Origin: Akkermansiaceae bacterium
Lineage (GTDB): Bacteria; Verrucomicrobiota; Verrucomicrobiia; Verrucomicrobiales; Akkermansiaceae
Direction: 5' to 3'
NCBI GenBank assembly: GCA_023261045.1
Contig: JALRJZ010000001.1
Span: forward strand, 7,088-71,087
Length of the DNA: 64,000 nt
This document shows, piece after piece, positions 1-11,200 of the stretch; within the stretch, counting starts at the first letter, position 1; every line of letters starts with the position of its first letter. A program made the translations under genes and the position numbers. The notes under the pieces were generated by a model. That model searched no databases. It saw only the letters and a list, made by a program, of their open reading frames with translations, and was not told where the DNA came from.

Positions 1-1397
1 GAGGCAAAAAGGTCGGCGCCCTTCGTGATGAGGTAGAAGCTGCAATTCTTGAAAAATTCCCTGAAACCACTGAGTTCGAGATTGAGCAGGTTTTTGAATA
101 TATTCAGAAAAAAGCCTTCCGAGTGAGTATCCTTGAAAAAGGAGTTCGCGCTGATGGAAGGGGCCTGCGTGATCTTCGCCCACTTTACGGCGAAGTTGGT
201 ACTTTGCCACGTGTTCACGGCTCTGCTATTTTCTCACGCGGTGAGACTCAGGCTTTGGGTATTTGCACCCTCGCTCCTGCCGATGAAAAGCTTTGGGTTG
301 ATAACTACGCTGGTGGTGAGGATTCTAAGCATTTCTTCCTTCACTACAATTTCCCTCCATTTTCTGTCGGTGAAACTGGCCGATTTGGAGGAATGAACCG
401 TCGTGAGATCGGTCACGGAGCTCTCGCTGAGCGCTCTATTGCTCCGGTTCTTCCTGATGTTGAGGATTTCCCATATGCCATGCGAGTGAGCTCCGAGGTG
501 ATGGAATCTAACGGATCGACATCAATGGCGACAGTTTGTGCAGGAACCATGTCTCTGCTGGATGCCGGTGTGCCTCTCAAGCGCCCGGTCGCCGGGATCT
601 CAACTGGACTTGTCACGGAGGAAGACTCCGAGGGGAACCGCACGAAGCACGTCGTGATCCTCGATATTATCGGTTCAGAAGATTTCTACGGTGATATGGA
701 CTTTAAACTCTGTGGAACGAGCGAAGGAGTCACTGGATACCAGCTTGATCTTAAGCTTCCGGGAATTCCTCTTTCGATCTTAGAGGAGGGAATCGACCTG
801 GCAGTCGAGGGACGTGCTGATGTTCTCGCAAAAATGGCTGAGTCGATCACCGAACCTGGGGAATTGAGCCCGCATGCCCCAAGGATCGAGACGGTGAAAA
901 TTCCTCAAGATCGTATCGGTGAGCTCATTGGACCAGGTGGTAAGAACATCAAAGCGATTCAGGCCGAATCTGGCGCGGAACTCAATATTGAGGACGATGG
1001 AACCGTTCACATTTACGCGAGTAAAGAAGAAGGCCTCAATGCTGCGAAGGAGATGATTGATCGGATGTTTGCGGAGGTTGAAATTGGTAAGACCTACACC
1101 GGTAAAGTGATGAATGTCACAACCTTCGGTGCGTTCATGGAAGTTCTTCCAGGCAAAGATGGTCTCGTTCATATTTCAGAGCTCGAAGAAGGTCGCGTCA
1201 ATCAAGTCGAGGACGTTTGTAAGAAAGGCGATATCATTACAGCAAAGTGCATTGGTATTGACGACAAAGGTCGCGTGAAGATGTCTCGCAAGGCTGCCCT
1301 GCGGGAAGCGAGCGGTGAAGGAGATGCCCCAAAGAGTGAGGAGCCATCTGGAGATGAAGTTCCTCCCTCAGAAGAGGAAGTCGTTTCCTTAGGCTAG
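1..1397 (+). CDS. pnp: polynucleotide phosphorylase (PNPase), C-terminal part; the 5' end lies outside the window
   Basis: Frame 3 is open from base 3 (GKKVGALRDEVEAAILEKF...) into the listed ORF. It carries a second RNase PH domain (RADGRGLRDLRPL, GETQAL, HGALAERS), a KH motif (GELIGPGGKNIKAIQAESGA) and an S1 domain (GKVMNVTTFGAFMEVLPGKDGLVHISEL). TAG stop at 1395-1397. Confidence 0.95.
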   Translation, partial: GKKVGALRDEVEAAILEKFPETTEFEIEQVFEYIQKKAFRVSILEKGVRADGRGLRDLRPLYGEVGTLPRVHGSAIFSRGETQALGICTLAPADEKLWVDNYAGGEDSKHFFLHYNFPPFSVGETGRFGGMNRREIGHGALAERSIAPVLPDVEDFPYAMRVSSEVMESNGSTSMATVCAGTMSLLDAGVPLKRPVAGISTGLVTEEDSEGNRTKHVVILDIIGSEDFYGDMDFKLCGTSEGVTGYQLDLKLPGIPLSILEEGIDLAVEGRADVLAKMAESITEPGELSPHAPRIETVKIPQDRIGELIGPGGKNIKAIQAESGAELNIEDDGTVHIYASKEEGLNAAKEMIDRMFAEVEIGKTYTGKVMNVTTFGAFMEVLPGKDGLVHISELEEGRVNQVEDVCKKGDIITAKCIGIDDKGRVKMSRKAALREASGEGDAPKSEEPSGDEVPPSEEEVVSLG

Positions 1398-1428
1398 TGA
1401 TCTCGAAAGATCGTTTTTTAATCGAAGC

Positions 1429-1466
1429 AGAGCGTATTCGGGAAACCGAATACGCTCTTTTTTATT
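1429..1466 (+). terminator. rho-independent terminator of pnp
   Basis: Perfect 13-bp stem AGAGCGTATTCGG (1429-1441) / CCGAATACGCTCT (1446-1458), GAAA loop, followed by TTTTTTATT. Confidence 0.85.
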
Positions 1467-1551
1467 GAGCGTAATCCCAAGGGGAGAGGTTCACCGCGTC
1501 CAGTTTAAGCTTGCTGAACAAGGGCTTGAATGGATACCTCTAGTGTTTTCT

Positions 1552-4500
1552 ATGATCTGGTCTCTTGTCTACCGCACGATACTCCAAGGATTCGTTTTGC
1601 TTATTCCGTTTTCCATGGTGGAGGCGCAATTGACGATTTCCGAATTTATGGCAGAGAGCGACGGTTCGCTTCTTGATGGTGATGGTGATCGTTCGGATTG
1701 GATTGAGATCCAAAATGGAAGCGGCGAGACGCTGAGCACTGGGGGGCTCTATCTCACCGATGACGAAGAAAATCGCACCAAATGGCCCCTGCCGGAAGTC
1801 ACGATTCCAGCGGGTGGACACCTCTTGGTTTTTGCCTCGGGAAAGGATCGGCGAGATCCCAATGAAGAGTTGCATACAAATTTCTCACTCTCAGCAAGTG
1901 GAGAATATCTTGCCATCATCGGGCAAGACGGAGTGACTCCACTGAGCCATTTTACTCCCACCTACCCAAAGCAATTCTTCGGGGTTGCTTATGGGACTGG
2001 CACAGGAGTGGCATCAGAAGCGACGACCTTTATTCCCTGGCCTGCCAATGGGACTTGGTATGCTCCCCTAGAAGAGATGGGCGATGCTTGGAAGTCCATT
2101 GGTTTTGATGATTCAAGCTGGAATCAATCACAGACCGGGATTGGCTACGGATATTATTTTCCTGAGTTTATTGGGGCTGGAGGAGATACAAGCGAAGCCA
2201 TGAGATCAAAGGCTACAAGTGCTTATTTACGCATTCCATTTCAAATCGATGATGTCACTGAGGTCATGTCGATGAATCTCGAGGTGCATGTTGAAGATGG
2301 TTTTGCGGCTTATCTTAATGGAGAGCTGGTGGCCTCATTTAATGTTCCTGATCCCCTTCGTTTTGATTCTCTTTCGATTGATCGTGGCGAGGTGCGGGAG
2401 GGTGACCCAATGAAGGTTTTTCCCATTAATTTTTCAGGTAAGTTGCAAAGTGGAGAGAACGTACTCGCTTTTCAGCTCGTGAACGATCACGTGGGGAGTT
2501 CGGATGTTCTCTTAATTCCTCGGTTGGTCGGTGAAGTTCGAGACGGGAGTGGTGAGATGCTTGGTGGATATCTCGCATCCCCGACACCGGGAGAGGCCAA
2601 TGCGGAAATTGAGTTTCTGGATTATGTCCGGGACACCTCCTTTGATATCGACCGTGGTTTTTTTGAGGCTCCTTTTGTCGTGACAGTCTCGAGCACAACT
2701 CCAGGTGCAACTTTGGTTTATACGACCGATGGGAGCACTCCCTCGCTAAGTAACGGGACTCTTGTTGCTGCTCAAAATTCAGAATCATCCCCAGAAGCGA
2801 TCATTGATATTACTAAGACGACGGTTCTTCGGGCTTCGGCTTACCGCGCTGGATTGCGCCCGGCTAATGTCGATACCCAGACCTACTTGTTTTTGGATGA
2901 TGTGCTTGATCAGCCGGCTCAACCAGAGGGCTACCCCCTTCCTTGGCGGAGTCGAAACGGGAGTGCCATTCCTGGTGATTTTGAGATGGATCCCGATGTT
3001 GTAGGGACCATTTATTCTCGCGAGGAGCTCAAGGAATCTCTTCGGGATATTCCAACGATTTCCATTGTCACTGATATCGCCAATCTTTTTAATCAGCAAA
3101 CTGGTATCCAGGTGAATCCCCAGGACTCAGGTCCAGGATCTGAGCGTCGAGTGTCGGTGGAGATGTTGGATTTTGAGGATGGCTCACCTCTCCAACTTGA
3201 TGCAGGGATGTTGATGAATGGGAATGCCTCAAGGAATCCCAATCGGGGGAAACATAACTTCCGGTTGGCATTTAGGAATCAATATGGTGATGGCAAATTG
3301 AACTTTCCTTTATTTGGGAAAAAAGCTCCTACCGAGAATTTTAATCAGATTATCTTGCGCGGTGGTAACGGCAATTCATGGGTTCACCCAACAAGTGCAG
3401 TCCGGCAATTTGGAATGTACATCCGAGATCAATGGTTTCGCGATGCTCATGTTGAAATGGGATATCCCGAGGCGCTGCAGCGAGAAGTCCATGTTTATAT
3501 CAACGGGCTTTATTTTGGAGTTCACCACTTGTTTGAGCGAATTGAGGAGGAATGGGCTTCGGAGCGTTTCGGGGGGAAAGATGATGATTGGGAGGGGTTT
3601 CGTATCGTTGGAGGCAATAACATTGAGGTCATTCACGGGACACCGGCTGAAGTCAGTGCTCGGATGCTCGATAGCTGGCGAGCGGTCATAGATGCGGCTG
3701 CAGCCGGAGATTTAGAGGCCGTTGAACAATACATCGACCTTGATGATTTCATTGATTATCTCGTTCTCAACTTCCATGCGGGCAACACTGACTGGGATCA
3801 GAACAATGTTCGGGCGATGAGGAGGGTGAATCCCCCTGGAAAGTTTCAATTCTTTTGTCACGATGCGGAGCGTGCTGGCTTGAACGGGTTATCGACTGGA
3901 AATCTGAACATCAACTCGATTACTCATCCTCGCTCGGGAGCGGAGCATCGACCGACTTCGGTCAATCTCTTACTCAAGAATCATCCTGAATACGTCATGC
4001 AGTTTGCGGACCGGATTCGTAAGCACCTCTTTCACGGTGGGGCTTTGACTCCTGAGAATGGTCGCGCTCAATGGGAAGCGCGGGCAGATGGAATTCGCTT
4101 AGCCTTGAAAGCTGAAAGCGCTAAATGGGGGGATCATGCCGATAGTGTGCCCCGAACGCTTGTTGATTTTCAGAACGGCTTGGATCGAGAATACAAAAGT
4201 TGGTTTCCTCTGCGCACTCCCATTTCAATTAGCCAATTTCGCGCAGCAGGCCTGTATCCCTCGATTGAACCCCCAGAATTTAATCAGCATGGAGGGAATA
4301 TTTCAGAGGGTTTTGTGTTGGTTATTAATGGGGAGAATGGAGAGACCTATTATACGGCAGATGGAAGTGATCCTCGCCTACCCGGGGGAGGCATCAATCC
4401 TCTGGCCTCTCCAGTCACTGGCGATGTGAGTGAACGAACCTTGATTGAAGCGGGGGCTTCAGGATGGCATTATCTAGACGATGGATCAGCGCAGACTGAC

Positions 4501-5862
4501 GCTTGGAAAGAGCCCTCATTTGATGATTCTGACTGGAGCCAAGGCACCGCCCCCTTTGGGTTTGGATCGATTAATGGCTATTCATTTGGAGGACCGGCGA
4601 TTAATGCTGGTCGACATTTAACCGTCTATTTTCGCAAGGAGATCCAGGTTGCGGACGTCGATCTGATCACTCGTGCCACGGCAAAAGTGATGTCTGATGG
4701 AGGGGCGATTGTTTACCTCAACGGAGTGGAAATTGCGCGGGATAATATGCCCGATGGCCTCGTGGATTCACAGACGACTGCGTTGAGTGATAGTAATGTG
4801 ACAGAGGGTTATGTTGATGAATTTGGCTTTCCTCCCAATGTTTTTGTCGAAGGAACGAATGTCTTTGCTGTGGAAGTTCATAATGGAAGTCTGAACAGCT
4901 CAGACATGGGGATGGATTTGCAAATTGATCTTTCTGCTTTTAATTCAATCAATGACGTCGTTGCGTTGAGTGATGTCACGACAGTGAAGGCCCGTAGTTT
5001 TGACGGAAGTGAATGGAGTGCTCTCACAGAAGCGACCTTTATTAAGGCGGTGGCTGCATCGCCGGAGAATCTGATGATTTCAGAGCTCTTCTACAACACA
5101 GCAACGGGATCGGAGTTTCTTGAGCTCATTAATATTTCTGATGAGCCAGTCAGTCTCGCAGGAGTTGCTTTTGAACAAGGAATTGATTTTAAGTTTTCGC
5201 AAGAAGCTATTTTAGCTCCCGGAGCCCGTCTCATTTTGGTTTCTGACTTGGCTGCTTTTCAGGCGGTCTATGGGGTAAATCTTCCTGTTTTTGGGGAGTA
5301 TTCGGGGCGGTTAGACAATAGTGGTGAGGCGTTGCTTCTGACTCGGGCGGATGGTCTCATCATTCAGGAATTTCGCTATAATGACCGAGCACCTTGGCCT
5401 GAGAAGGCTGATGGTGAGGGGTATTCCCTGACTTTGATCGCTCCTTCCATGAATCCACCGCTCAGTGATCCAGCAAGCTGGAGATCGAGTCTCACTCCAG
5501 GGGGAACTCCTGGATCTTCGGACGCTCTTACTTTTGAAGGAACAACCGCTGACCAATTACTAGAGTATGCCTTGGTTGATCCTTTCAAGGGGATCACAAC
5601 TTCTATCCAGGAATTCGAGCTCGAGGGAGTCATCCAACCCTATATGGTTGCTGAGGTCATCACGCGAGCTGCTTCGGATGATGCGATCGTGTCGGTCGAG
5701 TTTTCCCAAGATCTTAAAGATTGGCAGAGCGGAATCGCAGTTTATTTGGGTTCCAATGAAGAGGATCAGGAGCTAACGAGGAGGTTTTGGAGGACTCCTG
5801 AACCAACCACTTCACCATCCTCGTCTCGATATGCACGGATCGTTGTTCGGTCTCGATTTTAA
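1552..5862 (+). CDS. secreted CotH kinase-family protein with lamin-tail (LTD) domains at both ends
   Basis: ATG 1552 gives a signal-like N-terminus (MIWSLVYRTILQGFVLLIPFSMVEAQ). The listed TTG 1465 overlaps the pnp terminator. LTD motifs: ISEFMA...DWIEIQN...LYLTDD and ISELFYN...EFLELINISDEPVSL. CotH-like core: RRVSVEMLD...NFRLAFRNQYG...LFG...ILRGGNGNS...VYINGLYFGVHHLFERI...HAGNTDWDQNN. Chitobiase-C-like FEAPFVVTVSSTTPGATLVYTTDGSTPS. Two FDDSxW jelly-roll segments. Confidence 0.85.
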   Translation: MIWSLVYRTILQGFVLLIPFSMVEAQLTISEFMAESDGSLLDGDGDRSDWIEIQNGSGETLSTGGLYLTDDEENRTKWPLPEVTIPAGGHLLVFASGKDRRDPNEELHTNFSLSASGEYLAIIGQDGVTPLSHFTPTYPKQFFGVAYGTGTGVASEATTFIPWPANGTWYAPLEEMGDAWKSIGFDDSSWNQSQTGIGYGYYFPEFIGAGGDTSEAMRSKATSAYLRIPFQIDDVTEVMSMNLEVHVEDGFAAYLNGELVASFNVPDPLRFDSLSIDRGEVREGDPMKVFPINFSGKLQSGENVLAFQLVNDHVGSSDVLLIPRLVGEVRDGSGEMLGGYLASPTPGEANAEIEFLDYVRDTSFDIDRGFFEAPFVVTVSSTTPGATLVYTTDGSTPSLSNGTLVAAQNSESSPEAIIDITKTTVLRASAYRAGLRPANVDTQTYLFLDDVLDQPAQPEGYPLPWRSRNGSAIPGDFEMDPDVVGTIYSREELKESLRDIPTISIVTDIANLFNQQTGIQVNPQDSGPGSERRVSVEMLDFEDGSPLQLDAGMLMNGNASRNPNRGKHNFRLAFRNQYGDGKLNFPLFGKKAPTENFNQIILRGGNGNSWVHPTSAVRQFGMYIRDQWFRDAHVEMGYPEALQREVHVYINGLYFGVHHLFERIEEEWASERFGGKDDDWEGFRIVGGNNIEVIHGTPAEVSARMLDSWRAVIDAAAAGDLEAVEQYIDLDDFIDYLVLNFHAGNTDWDQNNVRAMRRVNPPGKFQFFCHDAERAGLNGLSTGNLNINSITHPRSGAEHRPTSVNLLLKNHPEYVMQFADRIRKHLFHGGALTPENGRAQWEARADGIRLALKAESAKWGDHADSVPRTLVDFQNGLDREYKSWFPLRTPISISQFRAAGLYPSIEPPEFNQHGGNISEGFVLVINGENGETYYTADGSDPRLPGGGINPLASPVTGDVSERTLIEAGASGWHYLDDGSAQTDAWKEPSFDDSDWSQGTAPFGFGSINGYSFGGPAINAGRHLTVYFRKEIQVADVDLITRATAKVMSDGGAIVYLNGVEIARDNMPDGLVDSQTTALSDSNVTEGYVDEFGFPPNVFVEGTNVFAVEVHNGSLNSSDMGMDLQIDLSAFNSINDVVALSDVTTVKARSFDGSEWSALTEATFIKAVAASPENLMISELFYNTATGSEFLELINISDEPVSLAGVAFEQGIDFKFSQEAILAPGARLILVSDLAAFQAVYGVNLPVFGEYSGRLDNSGEALLLTRADGLIIQEFRYNDRAPWPEKADGEGYSLTLIAPSMNPPLSDPASWRSSLTPGGTPGSSDALTFEGTTADQLLEYALVDPFKGITTSIQEFELEGVIQPYMVAEVITRAASDDAIVSVEFSQDLKDWQSGIAVYLGSNEEDQELTRRFWRTPEPTTSPSSSRYARIVVRSRF

Positions 5863-5871
5863 TTTTGAGGC

Positions 5872-5909
5872 GAGTGAGACATCGAAAAAGATAGATCACT
5901 CATTTTTTA
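5872..5909 (+). terminator. possible weak intrinsic terminator after the CotH gene
   Basis: GAGTGA (5872-5877) / TCACTC (5896-5901) 6-bp stem with an 18-nt loop, followed by ATTTTTTAG. The stem is short and the loop large, so this is a weak call. Confidence 0.35.
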
Positions 5910-5955
5910 GACGTTTTTGTTTTTTCAAGGGGATTTTCTCTTGTTAGAGTGGCGG

Positions 5956-8154
5956 ATGATGAAGCCGATTGTTCTTTGCTCACTCGTATTTGTTCTACCC
6001 CTTCTTTCTAACGCCAAATTAGTTGCCCACTGGACCTTGGAAGAGGGATCCGGAAATCTTGCAGGAGACGTGTCTGGCTCAGGTTACGATGGAACGGTCA
6101 TTGGAGGAGCCACTTGGACCAGCACGGATCTTCCACCCGTCCCAGGAGGGACGACATCCGCGCTAGAGTTCGATGGGATTGACGACCAAATCGATATTAT
6201 TGGCTATCAAGGAATCTCTGGGACTGGAGATCGAAGCATTACCGCTTGGATTAAAACAGGTGTAAATAGCACGGCTCTGAACAAAGCGATTGCCTCATGG
6301 GGGGCAAACATAGGAACCCAGAAATGGACCTTTCGAGTCCAAAATGGTTCTGGTGTTGCAGGCGCCATTCGTATTGAGGCCAATGGAGGCTATTTCATCG
6401 GTAATACCGTGGTGACTGATGCACAGTGGCACCACGTCGCCGTGACTTGGGCTAACGATGGAACTCCCGATATTTTAGATGCTAAACTTTACGTTGACGG
6501 TGTGCTTGATGCCGAGTTTGGCAGTCTTGATGTTCCTCCGAGTGCCAGCCAAAGCGTAGCAATCAATACCGCCGTGAGTGCTGATGTGCGAATTGGACAA
6601 GATTTTCAGGTAAGCACGAACCACAACTGGGATGGGCTCATTGATGACGTCAGAATTTATGACGAGGCTCTCGATGCCAATGCCATTGCTGCGATCGCCT
6701 TGGGTGGTCAGCCAGTGACACAGTTTACTGCGTCCGCTGAGATCGTCGCAAGTGGATCACCCGTTACGCTGAGTTGGGAGGCCGACCCAGCCAATGAGAG
6801 CCTTTCGATCGACCAAGAGGTTGGAGATGTTTTGGGGTTAGACAGGATCACGGTCAACCCGACCGTTGATACCACTTATACCATTACGGGATCTCTCGGG
6901 GGGGTGAGCGGGCAAGCGCAGGTCACTGTTCTCGTGAATCAGGCTCCCGTCATTGAAACGTATACCATCATTGGTTCTGATGAAGTGATTGAAGGCACCA
7001 CCGTCACTCTTTTTGCTGATGTCTTTGGCGAGACCAGTCTTACTCTCAATGGAGAAGATGTGACGGGTCAGGATTTAATGGAAGTCGTTGCTCAGCAAAC
7101 AACAACGTATACTTTATCTGCCACCAATAGTTTTGGCACGAGCACGGCAGAAGTGACCATTGCCGTTTTGGCAGCGGATTCACCAGATCTAGCATGGGTG
7201 GCAGAAGGGCTCAGTGAGGGCCTCCTTGAGCAATGGGATCCTCGGACCAATACCACCTCGAATAGTGAAATTACTTTCATCAATAATACGGGAGGGATCG
7301 TGCAGACGGGTACAACGAACTTCGCGGGGGTCAGTTCCTGGATTAATAGTCCCGGATTTAATCTTTCATCCAATCCGCTGGATTCATGGCAGGATGGGCT
7401 CGGTGATGTGGTCACTAAGCAAGATGTAAGCTGGGAAATTGTAGTGCGACCCGGGAACTACACCGGCAAACATACTCTCTTTAATACTGGGGGCAATGGA
7501 GACGGAACAGCTTTTGTTCTTACGGATGGGATTCTTGATTTTAGAGTCCAGACGGCAAACAATGACGACCAGCGAGTGATTGTTTCCACGGATCTTTCAG
7601 CGCTTGGTTTAGCTACTGAATTTTTCCATGCGGTTGCCACGGTTGATGTTGAATCTGCAGGTCCTGGGAAAGTTTCCCTCTATGTCAATGGGCAGCTTGT
7701 CGATTCAGCCTCGAGTGTCGGCATTCTCGATGATTGGGACGGTGGGGATTTGGCAGAGCTTGGCAAAGGGAATAATGTGCCAACGAGCACCGCTTTTGCA
7801 CCAGATTTTTTCGACGGTGATATTGCGCTCTTTAGTTACTACGAGGGTCGGATTCTTGACGATTCTCAGATTGCTGGAAAGTTTTCAGACCTGTCAGGAA
7901 GTGGCGCTGATAAGGTAATCACTGATATCAGCTATGATTCCAACGAAGGACAACTACGTATTACTTTCACTTCGATTCCTGGCCGTTCTTATGGATTGGA
8001 AAGTTCGGCAGATCTTTCAGCCAATAATTGGTTAGAGGAGTTAGATTCCGAATTGGCAACAGGGCCTGAAACGACCGTGGTGGTGCCAGGTGTGACCTTG
8101 CCTGATCCGGGTCGTCCAAAACGTTTTTACCGTGTGATTAATGGGATCGAGTAA
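5956..8154 (+). CDS. secreted LamG (concanavalin A-like lectin) domain protein with two LamG-like domains, Ig-like repeats and a C-terminal FYRV module
   Basis: ATG 5956 gives the signal peptide MMKPIVLCSLVFVLPLLSNA. LamG_3-type pattern: LVAHWTLEEGSGNLAGDVSGSGYDGTVIGGATW...ALEFDGIDDQIDI...DRSITAWIK...QWHHVAVTW...LYVDGVL...WDGLIDDVRIYDEAL. A second LamG-like block lies at aa ~430-655. Confidence 0.85.
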   Translation: MMKPIVLCSLVFVLPLLSNAKLVAHWTLEEGSGNLAGDVSGSGYDGTVIGGATWTSTDLPPVPGGTTSALEFDGIDDQIDIIGYQGISGTGDRSITAWIKTGVNSTALNKAIASWGANIGTQKWTFRVQNGSGVAGAIRIEANGGYFIGNTVVTDAQWHHVAVTWANDGTPDILDAKLYVDGVLDAEFGSLDVPPSASQSVAINTAVSADVRIGQDFQVSTNHNWDGLIDDVRIYDEALDANAIAAIALGGQPVTQFTASAEIVASGSPVTLSWEADPANESLSIDQEVGDVLGLDRITVNPTVDTTYTITGSLGGVSGQAQVTVLVNQAPVIETYTIIGSDEVIEGTTVTLFADVFGETSLTLNGEDVTGQDLMEVVAQQTTTYTLSATNSFGTSTAEVTIAVLAADSPDLAWVAEGLSEGLLEQWDPRTNTTSNSEITFINNTGGIVQTGTTNFAGVSSWINSPGFNLSSNPLDSWQDGLGDVVTKQDVSWEIVVRPGNYTGKHTLFNTGGNGDGTAFVLTDGILDFRVQTANNDDQRVIVSTDLSALGLATEFFHAVATVDVESAGPGKVSLYVNGQLVDSASSVGILDDWDGGDLAELGKGNNVPTSTAFAPDFFDGDIALFSYYEGRILDDSQIAGKFSDLSGSGADKVITDISYDSNEGQLRITFTSIPGRSYGLESSADLSANNWLEELDSELATGPETTVVVPGVTLPDPGRPKRFYRVINGIE

Positions 8155-8243
8155 GGCAGCGAATTTCGCGCCAAAGCGATACCGCTGAAAGCTGGATTAA
8201 TCTCTGAAGACCCCAATTGAGGCGTTCTTGAAAATCCTCTCAT

Positions 8244-11200
8244 TTAAGGTCCCCAAGTTGCTCGATAGTATTGATGCTCTTGTCGTGGAAGAGCCTCAGT
8301 GAGGCGGACCGTGATCTTTGTGGTTTCGCCAGTTTGTTGACTGAGGCGCGAGATTTCCCGATAGGAATCTGCCGCAAGAGGCGACCAGATCTCTAAGTCA
8401 TCAGATTTCTCAATTCGAAGAGTGCAGAGCTTTGAGCCAAGTGGAAATGAAGAGGTGAAATCAAGGGTGATGAATTCATCATTTTTCACGACTTTTGAAG
8501 TGAGCTTGGGAAGCGATTGATGATCGAGAGGGTCTGTCTGAAACTGATATTCCTGATCATTGGTAAACCCGTCATCGTCTGGATCAGCCTCGTCTCCAGA
8601 GACCGATAGGTTTTCAAGTTGTTGACTGGTGAAGTGGGACTTGAGCCACTGAGGTTTTGTCTTAAAGACCAGCACGGTCGCTTCAGCTTTCATGCTTTCG
8701 TTTAAAGTAAGGGTGTAAGTCGTATCTTGGGTTGGAGCGACTAGAATGTGCCCAATCCCGTGAACCGTGCGATCAGTGACCTCACCGAGTCCTTGGTCGA
8801 TCGTTAGGGTGGCAATTCCCTCAACGTTCCACTGGAGCAGAGTCTCCGTGCCAGCGAAGATTGAAGGCTGGATCGCGGAAAATGAATGAATCGAGGGTGC
8901 TCCTTCAGGGCTTGCGACGAGGTTGTTGCGAGTTTCAAGAATTCCTCCATCTCCATAGGAGATTTCGACCCGATAAGTTTTTGAAAGATCGAAGACCGGA
9001 AGTCTCACCAGATGACCCAGGAATCGCATCGAATAGAGAAGCTCTCCGCTTTGTTCCTGGTAGACTGAGATAACAGGGTTTTTTTCTGAAAGAGTGTTGA
9101 TAGGACTCAAATATCCAGCAGGAGTGCGGCCATCATTATCTGTTTGTTTAATTGTGACGGGCCAATCAGGAAACTGCGATCCGGTTTGCGGATATTCAGG
9201 GTCCGCGTGGAGTGGCCAGCACTCGAAAGTGATTTCACGAGTTGTTTTATTAATGCGAATCACTCCATATCCCGCACTTCGATCATGCAGGTTTGGGGGG
9301 TTGATATTGGATGTTTGATTATAGTATTCGAGAGGATTTGCTGCCCCAATCACACGGATATGCCCTGGAAGTTGAGAACTCAGATTCGCACTACCGGTCG
9401 GCAGTTGACCGACGCCATTGAGATAAAAATCACCTTTGTAGGGGCTGATGATCTCCGTGCGCCCGGCGGATTGGTGCTCCGGATCCCAAACACGAGGGAA
9501 AAAATTGGAAATTGCGGGCGAGGTAAATGAATACCCGGCATCAACGGGTTTTTGAATCCCATGGTGAACGAGAGTGCCAATATGCTGATCGCCGGCTAAT
9601 TGAAAACTGCGAGTCATACGAAATAGTTCCCACGCTTCTTCCCTCCGATGGGTTGGCCACCCGTTAGAATCTCGATCATTGATCCCAAAGCCGTATCCTG
9701 TTGCTGCATGGGTATGGATCATTCCAAAGGGCGTTTGAGAGACGATACACTTCAGTTGCTGGCCCGACCAATCTTTGGACCAATCACGCAGAAATTGCTT
9801 TTGACGTTCTCCTAAAAGGAATTGTTGATTTGGATCGGATGGATAGTTCTGAGATCCAGTTTTAAACTTCCGATCCTCGAGCACGGCAAACCCGACTCCC
9901 CCATAATTGATACTTGTGAAATAAACCTCAATCCCTTGTTCAATCGACGGTGCTGGTTGAATGGGGTGATACGGATCACCCGGAGGCATATGAGAGGTCT
10001 GTGTTCTTTCGACGAGACGAACCCAAGAAGCAGGCTCTTCATAGCCACCTGTGCTCTGGTTTGAGGTTGAAATTCCTCCCTCCCCCCAAAGGTTTCCCTG
10101 AAAGACATCGTGGTCATCTGGAATTGAGATTGTCGGGAGGTCTCGAGAAAGGTGACGGACCTGAAGTAACCACAGATACCATTTGTAGAGATAATCGTAC
10201 TGACGGTTAAAGTCGGTGTCGCTGTTCTCCGGAGTGGGCTGACCTTCGTAGATTTGGTCTCCGAGCGCTAATAAAAGGTCCCCTTGGTGTTTCTCAATAT
10301 GAGCATAGGCTAAGAGGTGAGGGTGCCATATTTTCACGGGAGACCAATCCATGGTATCGAGTTCAATATTCCCATCGGCAATGCGTTGGCAGGACGTATT
10401 GATGACAACAAGATCGTTCCGATCGATTGGGTTTTTTTTGATCGTTCCGTGCCAGTAATAACGATTTTGATCGACGAGAATACTGATCCTGTAAGGAGTG
10501 TCGGCTGACTGTTCCCAGTTCGGAACCTCAAAGGTCGCGGTGTATGAGGAGAGATTATCGGTGTTGTCGATGGAAGCGGTCTTCCTCTCAACCCAGGAGT
10601 TTCCATTCCATGTTTCTAAGATGAGCGGGGGGGTTGAGGAGAGGGCTACTGGTGGCACGTGAGCGCTGATCCGAAGGGTGCCTTGATGCAAAGTATGAAG
10701 AGCACCAATGATGGATAGATTTCGATCATGCTCTGGTTGGAGCGCTGCACCTGTTCCTTCAAAATCATCGAACCAGAATGCCGCTCCAAGATTGCTTCTG
10801 TTAGAGAGTAGGCCGAATGACCCAAGAATCCGATCAGAGGAAACATTGGTGGATGCCGTCGAAAGAAGAGTGTCTTGGGAATCGAAGGATTTGATTGTAA
10901 GAAGGTAAGTCCCTAGAAAGGGTTGATAGGCCGCGGTGAGTTCGAGGCGTTGATCTGTCTGGAATCCCGTGGGAGGTATTGCCCCAATGGAGATTTGATT
11001 GAGCCCCCCTTGTGAGAGATCATCGATGATTGCCGCTCCCTGGTGATTGATTCCTAAAAAGGTTCCAAAATCTCTCCCCAGCCCATCGTGAACGAGTAAT
11101 GCGCCCCTCCAGTCAAGATTGGGTCCAGCACCGATTAAAAAGCCCGTTTTGGCTCCTGTTCCAAGTGTCCCACTCGCAAGACCCGTTCGCACTGAAAAGG

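Noticed and set aside
1465-1551. TTG start at 1465 for the CotH gene, as in the ORF track
   Set aside because: It would begin inside the T-tract of the pnp terminator and would add 29 non-signal-like residues. ATG 1552 gives a plausible signal peptide.
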